The notes under the pieces were generated by a model. That model made no database searches. It was not told the DNA's origin and was given only the letters and a program-made list of their open reading frames with translations. Source: a virus. Taken from it: DNA of 64,000 nucleotides. Positions 57,101-64,000 of this stretch are shown here, piece after piece (the stretch's first letter is position 1; every line of letters starts with the position of its first letter). A program made the position numbers and the translations under genes. The DNA lies in the IMG/VR virus record IMGVR_UViG_3300048591_000348, positions 15,920 through 79,919 of that record. The stretch is one strand, 5' to 3'.

Positions 57101-60100
57101 ACACTCTCCAGAGTTTCGGCTTGGAGATCGAGCATCTTGGCTTCGAGGGGATTTTCTCCGAGCGCATCCAACTCAGCGATCTCGCGGGCGTAATTTTGCT
57201 GGACCGTATCCAGCATCTCGCGCTGCTGGTCGATCTCCAGAAGCACGAGCTTGCCGGTGGCGTTCTTGACGAGGTCTTCATGGTTGACCCCATCGTAAGG
57301 TTCGCCGAGCGCGACGTTGATCTCAGGGTTCTCCCAGAGATATTCCGCCATGACCTTGTCGCCGACCTCGTTCATGAAGTCTGCGGACTCGGCCGTGAAG
57401 GCAGACCCTCGCGCGCCGGTCGTATTGGCGTTGAGGGATGCCATTTTCTTCATCAGAACGGCGGTCGGGCGCACCTCTGCCGGGATGCCTGCGGCGAGCT
57501 GCGTATATGCCGGAAGAACAACCTGTCCGGTGCGGTGGACACGACCGAGCATCTGCATGTGGGTGTCGATATTGCCCTCGGCCTGGGCCAGGATCATGCG
57601 CCGCTTGCGCTTGTCCTTGAAGTCGGACTTGGCGTGCATGGAAACGCCGGTCGAGCCCGATCGGTTGAGGATGACGGCATCCAGCGTGCCGCCGTTGAAC
57701 TTGGAGATGGTGACGCGCTTGCCGCCAGACCCGGCCTCGGCCTTGGGCCGCAGAACCAGTTTAGGCCGCTTGGCACCGTAGTCGATCATGGTTTGCCGGC
57801 CGGTGATCTCGCTGACCGTATATCCGGCTTTGGTTATGCGGCTGCGAATCCAGTCGATCGGTGAGACCGGCATGGCCTCGTAGTTGCCCTGCTCGATCTG
57901 GCTCTCGACTGTCTGGTAAGCCTGCTGGAGGCTCGCGGGAAGGCGCTCGACCGGGATCTGGTAGTGCTCGGACTTATCGCTGCCCGGCCGCTTGTAGGTG
58001 ATGCGCAGCGTCCGCGACAGGTAGCGCTTCAACATGGCGCCGAAGTCGATGTCGATCACGTCACCGACCGTGAACCCAGCGTCCCTGTAGAAACTCTCGT
58101 TGGTATTGGCGAGTGTGATGACGGGCTTCTCGTTGGCCTTCAACGCTGCGATGGCGCGATCCGCCGCCACGTCAGCCTTGATGGCAAGAAGCATCTGGCT
58201 GACGATATTGTGCATGATCGATGAAAAGCTCGTCGACGACGCCGACCCTTCGCCGATGCCACTGTCGTTCGACTTGGACCCGGCCCCAATCTCCGCGAGG
58301 ATTTCCTCGACGATGTCGTTGCGTGCGTCCTTGACGGCGATGTCGAACTTGAAGATCGACTGCACGGCGCCAACGAACTCATTGTAGGCATTCTCATCGA
58401 CGGTGGCCGGCTCGACCGCGTACTCGATACCCTCGAACGAGCGCTCGCGACGAAGGTACTGGCCGGATTCGGCCAGCATGGACGCCACGATCTGCTGCAT
58501 CGGAACGCCGCCCTTCGTGATCAGGGCGGGCAAGTCTTTGATGTCCTCGACGGCCTTGCCCATGTCGGTGCGGGCATAAAGGTCCATGACGTTGGGGCGC
58601 TTGGCGTAGGTCGCCGACATGAATACGACGCCCTTGGCCATTTGCGTCAATTCGCGGACGAACTGTGCCCGCCCGCCTTCCGCCGCCTTCTCGGCACGCT
58701 TGTCATCGACAACGCCTTGTCCGGCCGCGTTATGGACTTCGTCGAACACCATGATCGCGCGCGGCGCGATGCTCTTGAGCACGGAGCGGCGGCGCGGGAT
58801 CTTGTCGCCGATCGACTGCATTTGGCTGTAGGTCGTGAACACGACGTCGGCGACAGGCTCGCCGGAAAGCAACTTGTCGTAGTCCTTATCCTTCTTGTCG
58901 CTGGTGCCACCGGACAAGAACTTGCCGCGACGTGCCGGGCGCTTCTCGCCTGCCGCATCCGCTGCGTCGGCCTCTGCCTTCCACTCGACGGCCGCCTCGT
59001 CCATGGGGATCGTCTTGCCGACGTCGGTCGTCAGCATGGTTACGTCGCGGCCCAGCATCTCAGGGATGCCGATGTCGCGCATGTCGCGGTACATATCGCC
59101 GTAAAGGTCCATCTTCTCGGTGACGAGCACCGGGACAAGGCCCTTCTTCATGGCGTAGCGAAGGAGGCCGGCGCCGACTCTGCCCTTGCCGATCCCGGTC
59201 TGGTCGCCCACAATGAGCGCGCCGCCACGCTCGATATTGTCGATGGCGGCTGCAATGGCGTCGATCTGCTCAGCGGAGAACGGACGCTGCTTCTCACCCT
59301 TGGCGTCGATGAAGTACATTCCCTCGGCGTCGGCCTCGTAGCCGAGTTCGCTGCGTACGAACTCATCCACCTCGCCGCGACGCATGGCGACGCGCTCCAT
59401 GGCGTTCCGCGAGGAATCCGCCATGGCGGCCGGGACGAGAGTGTCGACGGACTTGGCCCCAGAGACAGGCTCGTAGCGAGCCTGCGTGGCGCCGTCAGCG
59501 ATCTTTACTCGCTCACGCTTGGGAGCACGGTCTCGATCAACTCCTCGGCCGTCTCCACGTCCTGCGGCCGGAACATCACCTTGACCGTCTGCATCGCTTC
59601 GACCGCCACTGGATTGTCCGCCAGCAGTATCCGGGCGAACTCCATCGGGCTCTGCCCCGGCTTCGGGCGCTCGTTCGTCAGCCCCAGTTCCGACAACCGC
59701 ATCGCCGCGTATCTCATCGACGGGAGCGGGTCTTTCGACTGGCTCCACAGGACGGCGAGCCGGTCTGTCACCTTTTCGACCATCTGCGGTGTCATCCGGG
59801 ATTTTCTCCGCGATCTCGTCCCAGGTCTTGAGTAGCGCCGGGACGCCCAGGTTGGTGCCGGGCAGTGGACGCTCCGACTTGCCCCGCCCTTCGATGACGA
59901 TCACGTCGACCGGCCACGAGGCGCCCTGTTTGGTATAGAGGTCGCCCGAAACCGTGAAATGATCGGTTACATTGTAGCGATCATACAGGACTCGGTAGAA
60001 GTTGTCCTTGGTCTTGCCGGTCTTAGCGTCCCGCATATTGAGACCGCGATAGGACTGCATGCGCTCCTTGGCATCCTCGCCCTTCGGCCCGCCGATAATC

Positions 60101-63100
60101 AGGACGGCCTTGCCGTCATCGGCCATCGCGTCGAGCGCATTCAGAGAGACGGCATGATCGATCTTCGTCGTGGTGAGATCGCCAAGCGTAAACAGCTTCG
60201 ACTTGCCGCCTTCCTTCACCGCGCCGAACGGCGGATTCATGATGACGGTATCCGCGGACTTGTCGCGAACGATGCCCGGAACGCTCCCGTCGAGCCCCTT
60301 GGTGTTGAAGCCGAGGGACGAGAGCGCGAGCTGGCGAGATTGGTCGATCTCGTTGGCGACAACGTTCTGCGATCTCGGCTTGGCCTCGATCAGGAGCATG
60401 CCGTTGCCCGCCGTGGGCTCGAAGACCGAGTCGGCTTCCGTCACGCCGGCAAGGCGCGAGGCGACGTAGGCCAGCGGCGCCGGGGTCGAATATGCCTGAT
60501 TGGCGACGGAGGTGCCCGTGCGCGAGGCAAGGTTCGGCTGGCGGCCGTAAAGATCGACGAGAGCCTTAAAGACGGAACCCGGCGACTTGCCGCTCTCTAC
60601 GATCTGGCGCGCGGCCCGGACAACGGCAGTTTCGACCGCCTCATCAACCTGCTTGTTGGTTGCCTCGGCCGGGAGGATGCCCGCCTCTTTGACGAATTTG
60701 CGAGCCTCGACAATCGTTTTGAAGCCTTCGCCCATAAGGCGAGAAACGAGGGCATCTTTGCTACCCTCGCTCTTTGCCTCGGTCTGCGCCTTTGGTGACG
60801 CCTCGTCGGCGGCCGGCTTCTTTGCAGGTTTAGCTTCCCGGTCTGGCGGAGCGTTCGCGACAGACTCATCGGCAATCGCGACGGTTTCCTTGGCTTCCGC
60901 GTCAGATTTGGCTTCCGGCGTGGCGGATGCCTCGGCCGGTCCTGCCGACTTCGCCATGTCAACGAGGTCGGTCTGCTTCCCGGCATCTGGATTGAACAGC
61001 GGGCCTGCTTCGTCGCTGGCGCTCTTGACCTTCTGCTCCTTCGCCTTCGTCTCAGCGGCAATCTTCTCGCTGGTGGTTGCCTCGGGAACGAGGGACGTCT
61101 GGCCGGATTCAGCCTTGGGCGCGACCGGACGCGCCAGTTTCTCAAGACGGTCCGCGAGTTCCGCCACCGTGAGATCGGTGGGCCACCACTGGTTCTGGCC
61201 ACCACTGTACTGGTTCTCGCGCGTCGACTTGCGGGCCATCAGTGAAATGCCGCCCTTCGGTCCTGAGAGCGCATCTCCGATGTTGACGTAAATGCCGTTG
61301 CCGTCCTTGTCGATCATGCTGAGCGAAACATCGCCAGACACGGCCGGGCCAGCAGGGTTGACGTTCACGGCACGCCCAGGCTTCGGTTTTTTGCCTCGCG
61401 TGTCGGGGTACGGCTCGAAACCGCGTTCCTTGAGCACCTTCGAGATCTTCGTCAGATAGTCACGCGCATCAGACAGGAACCCACGCTTCAAGGAGCCGTC
61501 GTGCTCCTCGTTGCCGATCTTCTGGTTGGCGTAGCCGTCAATGATGATGCCGGAATAGTCCCTGAGCCGATCCGGGCCACGGTCCTTCGGACCAGCGAGC
61601 GATGGCGCCTTGCCCTTGTTCTCGTTGGCCTTTTCGGCGGCCTTAAGCTTCTCGCTCGTGGTGGCTTCGGGAACAAGGGACGTCTGGCCGGTCGGCTCCG
61701 TTGTGACGACGGCCGGTTGCTTCCCATCGTCCTTCAACGGCTTCGCTGTCTCCGCCTCGTCATCGTACCGGGCCTTGAGGTCGGCGACGATTGCAATCTT
61801 CTGCTCGTCCGTCAGCCGCGTCCAAGGCAGTCGCCAGCCCTTACCTTCCGCATATTCGCGAATGATCTTCAGCGGATCTCCGCCCGGCATGGCGGCGAGT
61901 TTCGCGTCGGCAAAGGTCGGGACGTTGGGCGGAAGCTCCCGCGCCGTGACAATCGTGTCATCGGAATCAGAAGGCCCCGTTTCCGGGGCCTGGGCTACTT
62001 CTTCGGTGCCTGCTTTGACTTCCTCTGGTCGAGACCTTCCAGCATCTTCGCCCGGTTCAGGAGCTTCTTCTTGCGCGACGGGTCTTTCTCCGTCGTCGCG
62101 TCCGCTCGCATCCTCTTCGCGGTCGACAGTCCCTTCGCGCTCATTCTCGTAAGCCTCGATTGCGATGCGCTCCAGCGCATCCCCCACGTCCATATACTCG
62201 GTCTCGACCAATTCGACGAGGCGGTTTTCCTCGGCATCGGTGAGATCGTAAGAAACGCCAAGATCATGCGTCAGTTGCTCGACCTCGGAGATGATTTCCC
62301 GACGGCTCTGGTCCGCGATCTCCTTCTTCGACTTCGGGCGCTCGACCGTCTCGCCGTACTTGCCGATCCGCTCGCCGGCAACGATGCGGCTGACGAGATC
62401 GTAGAGATCCTGGAGCGATGTATCGATCGTCTGGTTCGGCCCGGAACGGTCCTGGATATAGTTCTCGCCTTCGAGAAGGCGCAGCATGTCGTCCGGGGAG
62501 ACGCCGCTCCTGTTGAACAGTCCAGGGATGCGCGCGCCGTCGGCAATCTGACGAAGATCTGAGTCCGGCCGAATCCCACCGGCATTGCGGATGAAGGCGA
62601 GGGCTGTGGCAGGAGATTGGGGGGCGCTCTTCCTCTTCGGCGCCGCCGGCTGCCTGGCGAGGTCGCCTAACGGTTTGGTCTTCTTGCCATCGCGCGCCCA
62701 AGCGCGGAACTGTGGCACCGGCATCTCGGTGACGGCACCGATGCGCTGTTTGCCCCTGCCATCGGAGAATCCAGCCTCGTATGTGGCAACTGCCGTCTCG
62801 CGATCCGGGAACCCGAGCAATGCCTTGTGCTCGTCGAAGCGGCCAGTGCCAGCATCCACCTGATCAACGACCCACACGCGATCCGAAGCCGGATCATCGC
62901 CGATATAGACGTCGAGGTGATCGCCATCTTTACCGAGGGTCTTTTTGAAGTACCCATACGCAGCAGGCATCGTGACCTGCCACTCGGCGCCGTCGGCCGA
63001 TTTGCCGCTGCGGATTGATCCCTTCGGATTCTCGATCGTGATGTCGAGTCCGTGCAGCTTTACGTGCCCTTTCGAATAATTACCGGCGGTCTTCTGCGCT

Positions 63101-63999
63101 TCCGTCGGCTCGGCAACGCGCTGAGCAGCAACATCGATATCCTCGGGGATCTCGACCTTGACCGGAGCTTTGCGAGATCCATCGCCAACGGGAGCGGGGG
63201 CAACGACTTCGGCTTGCTCTTTCGCGATCTTCTGCTCGCGACGAGAAATGGCATCTTCTGCCGGCATCGTCTCGACGGTACGGCCATCGGCTGCCAGCGC
63301 TTCCGCGGCGGCGGGTGCCTCGGCGGCAGGAACAACCGTCTCTCGCGTTACGGCACCCTCTGGCGTCCTCTGCTGGACGACGGTATCGGCGCCTGGTGCC
63401 TTGCCCGTGCCGGCCCCTGTGACCACACCGAGAACGCGCTGCGGATCTGCCCCTGCGTCAAGAGCGAGGCGAACGGCATCGGCCGTCGCCTTGTCCTTGG
63501 CAATCAGAACCCCACCATTGCCGTCGGCGTTCTCTATGATCTCGGCGCCCTGGACTGCCTTGGCAATGGCGTCGACAAAGGCGGGATTGCCATCTACGTT
63601 GGCAATGTTGTCAGAGGATAGATAGACGCCTTGGCGGTTGCCGGAGCTCATATCGGCGAGCTGTGCCGTAAGATCGGAGATAGGCTCCGCGGATGGCTGG
63701 TCGGCGACCTTCGGCTCGATGGCGATGCCAAGGCTGTCCGCGTCGGCCAGCGACGCATCGATCTCGGCCCGCGACATGTCCGCGATGTCTTCGTCCTTGT
63801 AGTTCATCCTTCTGAGGACTTCCGCCTCCTCCGGTGACGCCTGGGGGAGAGGCGATGGGACCGGACCGGAGGAGGCGGGACTCGGCTGCGGGGGGTGAGC
63901 CGCTGCCGATGACGGGGGCGGTGGATTGGTGTTGCCTGATGACGGGGGCGGGGCGCCATCGGCCGTGTCCCGGCCGTGGTGACCACCCAATGGCCCCAT
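51166..63999 (-). CDS. giant DarB-like polyvalent protein (InPase-like, N6-MTase, Strawberry-notch SF2 helicase, LPD38-like); 5' end outside window
   Basis: GNYSKGH...ENPKGS...DGDHLDV...FDEHK; FEPTAGNG and NPPF; GDQTGIGKG, DEVH, SAT, QMLGRVHRTGQ; ELTVNFNRKG...MFFNASVQG...PMPYG. Confidence 0.9.
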   Translation of the reverse strand: MGPLGGHHGRDTADGAPPPSSGNTNPPPPSSAAAHPPQPSPASSGPVPSPLPQASPEEAEVLRRMNYKDEDIADMSRAEIDASLADADSLGIAIEPKVADQPSAEPISDLTAQLADMSSGNRQGVYLSSDNIANVDGNPAFVDAIAKAVQGAEIIENADGNGGVLIAKDKATADAVRLALDAGADPQRVLGVVTGAGTGKAPGADTVVQQRTPEGAVTRETVVPAAEAPAAAEALAADGRTVETMPAEDAISRREQKIAKEQAEVVAPAPVGDGSRKAPVKVEIPEDIDVAAQRVAEPTEAQKTAGNYSKGHVKLHGLDITIENPKGSIRSGKSADGAEWQVTMPAAYGYFKKTLGKDGDHLDVYIGDDPASDRVWVVDQVDAGTGRFDEHKALLGFPDRETAVATYEAGFSDGRGKQRIGAVTEMPVPQFRAWARDGKKTKPLGDLARQPAAPKRKSAPQSPATALAFIRNAGGIRPDSDLRQIADGARIPGLFNRSGVSPDDMLRLLEGENYIQDRSGPNQTIDTSLQDLYDLVSRIVAGERIGKYGETVERPKSKKEIADQSRREIISEVEQLTHDLGVSYDLTDAEENRLVELVETEYMDVGDALERIAIEAYENEREGTVDREEDASGRDDGERPVAQEEAPEPGEDAGRSRPEEVKAGTEEVAQAPETGPSDSDDTIVTARELPPNVPTFADAKLAAMPGGDPLKIIREYAEGKGWRLPWTRLTDEQKIAIVADLKARYDDEAETAKPLKDDGKQPAVVTTEPTGQTSLVPEATTSEKLKAAEKANENKGKAPSLAGPKDRGPDRLRDYSGIIIDGYANQKIGNEEHDGSLKRGFLSDARDYLTKISKVLKERGFEPYPDTRGKKPKPGRAVNVNPAGPAVSGDVSLSMIDKDGNGIYVNIGDALSGPKGGISLMARKSTRENQYSGGQNQWWPTDLTVAELADRLEKLARPVAPKAESGQTSLVPEATTSEKIAAETKAKEQKVKSASDEAGPLFNPDAGKQTDLVDMAKSAGPAEASATPEAKSDAEAKETVAIADESVANAPPDREAKPAKKPAADEASPKAQTEAKSEGSKDALVSRLMGEGFKTIVEARKFVKEAGILPAEATNKQVDEAVETAVVRAARQIVESGKSPGSVFKALVDLYGRQPNLASRTGTSVANQAYSTPAPLAYVASRLAGVTEADSVFEPTAGNGMLLIEAKPRSQNVVANEIDQSRQLALSSLGFNTKGLDGSVPGIVRDKSADTVIMNPPFGAVKEGGKSKLFTLGDLTTTKIDHAVSLNALDAMADDGKAVLIIGGPKGEDAKERMQSYRGLNMRDAKTGKTKDNFYRVLYDRYNVTDHFTVSGDLYTKQGASWPVDVIVIEGRGKSERPLPGTNLGVPALLKTWDEIAEKIPDDTADGRKGDRPARRPVEPVERPAPVDEIRGDAVVGTGADERAPEAGAEPDGVRPDTAGGQSSGGRSDADGQGDVPAAGRGDGRGVDRDRAPKRERVKIADGATQARYEPVSGAKSVDTLVPAAMADSSRNAMERVAMRRGEVDEFVRSELGYEADAEGMYFIDAKGEKQRPFSAEQIDAIAAAIDNIERGGALIVGDQTGIGKGRVGAGLLRYAMKKGLVPVLVTEKMDLYGDMYRDMRDIGIPEMLGRDVTMLTTDVGKTIPMDEAAVEWKAEADAADAAGEKRPARRGKFLSGGTSDKKDKDYDKLLSGEPVADVVFTTYSQMQSIGDKIPRRRSVLKSIAPRAIMVFDEVHNAAGQGVVDDKRAEKAAEGGRAQFVRELTQMAKGVVFMSATYAKRPNVMDLYARTDMGKAVEDIKDLPALITKGGVPMQQIVASMLAESGQYLRRERSFEGIEYAVEPATVDENAYNEFVGAVQSIFKFDIAVKDARNDIVEEILAEIGAGSKSNDSGIGEGSASSTSFSSIMHNIVSQMLLAIKADVAADRAIAALKANEKPVITLANTNESFYRDAGFTVGDVIDIDFGAMLKRYLSRTLRITYKRPGSDKSEHYQIPVERLPASLQQAYQTVESQIEQGNYEAMPVSPIDWIRSRITKAGYTVSEITGRQTMIDYGAKRPKLVLRPKAEAGSGGKRVTISKFNGGTLDAVILNRSGSTGVSMHAKSDFKDKRKRRMILAQAEGNIDTHMQMLGRVHRTGQVVLPAYTQLAAGIPAEVRPTAVLMKKMASLNANTTGARGSAFTAESADFMNEVGDKVMAEYLWENPEINVALGEPYDGVNHEDLVKNATGKLVLLEIDQQREMLDTVQQNYAREIAELDALGENPLEAKMLDLQAETLESVELKPKTGDSPFLDAVRMEKASVKAQGRALPISEIADKVAESLKTTKPEGSDQSVLDQLERKGRDWLASESRRIQDLARRQLNDELAQTKAESQQSVRAKAQATLARWQQTMSVAYPGARVSLTMPSGTLDGIVMSTERSGKAKSITALSAWMVKIAVPDSARQFEFPMSKLFPPGVVKGDEEKGAQIARSSTFPDMLIRAFEDARKEGRETRYIVTGNILGGYDQTKGKGRIVNFTTNTGEVRPGVLMERGFELDKFMNTRAIRFQTGEQVAQFLDKVSDVDVNGRDGELVLGKNRVGYYIQMAKAKFKAGKYYTDKAVRFAIAPTEFESRGNTMLAEGLDRAKFAAAVDEMKKIGAAFETDTAQDQAQAIIGGPKIDAALTAEKVIPFLKMGRTVTVPSDVRSNVHAALAEVSHMVPKTADVAVLKSVSRGAKREDGTATVSLVVETADGSEVRMSLTEKQFLEVRAFVAPGRYLPGGRDVLVFPRLSFSDESVKSLHGELWHEVVHHLRSSGRLTDDVWGRLLAHAKSLRVLDSELSTYLRAIGDPNWKSANEGAVREAYEQLYHDRADFAEIMDQEAVTHFVELASHGELLPMEIDPVRDVLMDIWNGVYSRKGAVKTEGQPMFSAMPKLTLSPDQQAAARARIASTMGLRPKAPQNAIHAPIPVTEALSSWLGIDRGKIVVDLDHITRKRAAKDNIDGGAHPDLATPEKVKAFIEDVIANGSYAIKYDVGEQWNLLRQMPNGEVRTVGMRLDKNVRGDYEVKTAFVARKDAIPTRLEKALRHGGGIAALKWKKDPAAFGHVLAAVRQLAQRVRDPSINLVSKQLTKIQEDMRQNSAARGQFALPGGLTPAAEAKRGTLERQMADAVALITRMTGPDAVRVSFSDNLSDAGMREDQRSALAGVPAEIAGKYTPPTLSARAVIELSLGVQGRDLVSTAGHEAYHHVETVLASPQEMKLLQSPADMARARRMAMTVPGMTEELAGRLPDWEIRAIAFQRFLAMQGEGVEAGPIHIGIRRLWNKLARIVRSTQNLLRGHGFDSIESIFERARTGEMRAAAAKRGIGQAAEGQATLADGRGDRQDSMASFFPSATSPGTFLGRRVAATMRRMAPISDQWRVRIQDRFLMMRRQQEAIERQTGVALPLPLDVYTAESLFHGRAGERMADLQSKHIEPLVEHLRKNEIDGDQLGEYLYARHAGERNAYIRTIDPGNDAGSGMTDADAQAIMDRVSSGPKAKAFADAAAMVDRINKDSRDTLLASGLISREVYDAWSSDYQNYVPLRGFEAEGDESAFPRVGKGYNIRGPEAYRALGRRSKSDNPLAYVLLQAQQAIVRSEKNRVNKALLRLVETHPDPDVWQVYRGEYSRRLNETTGLVETVFVPPQFSHHDPSIVGVKVGGKQRYIQLHNPNLARALKGVGSSEMNGIIVRSMMKLTRFYAQLLTSWNPEFVVGNFFRDVQTALINSKDIQDLPDGARKKMLAEALSLKSIRGIYNALRGDGSSEFAQYFEEFRQAGGKVSFMEFNDVERIKGQINGLLTEGKTRRALRQAVRYVEDVNTSVENGVRLSTYVAMRKAGISKDRAASVARELTVNFNRKGELGPVINSAYMFFNASVQGSIRMFQAFARSKAVRRVVYTLAAGGVAMEMLNYLIAGDDDDGENAYDKIKPWIKERNMIFMLPGRKDYFMIPMPYGYNAPYVAGQKVGELLRTAAGHGKATPAKAAAGIMSALMDSINPLGTSPTTSFLQMVSPTMLDPIVQVAENKTWYGGPITPIKYDKRKPDSESYFASVHPAFITTARLLNSASGGNPARSGLIDISPEVLEHYAQFIGGGSGKFLLNVTSTAARALDGEEFVPEKTPIIRRLYGKQTQTSRRGEFYEKWGEVDAAAYEVQQLTKAGNGADAMRARREYRAELEAYGAMKGAQKSLSQFSKIRAQVQLDRSLPNKEKKAKLDEVQEKENAVILRAMEVYSKAQKKKS

Positions 64000-64000
64000 A

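Noticed and set aside
51324-63837. Many long + strand ORFs opposite the giant gene (similar cases at 30109..31512 and 20392..21444)
   Set aside because: Antisense shadows expected from high-GC codon bias; no motifs recognised
1-64000. Diversity-generating retroelement or retron
   Set aside because: No reverse transcriptase motif and no TR/VR pair were seen

Overview
This window is part of a temperate alphaproteobacterial phage genome. The GcrA, GapR and porin homologues point to a Hyphomicrobiales/Rhizobiales-type host. The phage appears to be in excised form: an intact attP (3' half of tRNA-Arg(CCG)) sits beside the integrase, with phage genes on both sides. From left to right the window holds: tail fibre and terminase genes; a + strand cluster of small accessory genes (9.9-12.7 kb); a long - strand early/middle operon (three DNA methyltransferases, an IS200/IS605 element, HNH nuclease, porin, GcrA, GapR, DnaA-C and LexA-N mimics, iteron-bearing replication initiator); a double repressor region; a + strand recombination/integration arm; a lysis cassette; and the 3' part of a >4277-aa DarB-like polyvalent protein. 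The most striking unexplained structure is at 10.06-12.73 kb. There, nearly every small gene (in one case a gene pair) is enclosed by its own pair of long-range complementary arms. The arms abut in a chain, and each 5' arm can alternatively fold over the ribosome-binding site. All product calls come from motif recognition by eye; no database search was run.
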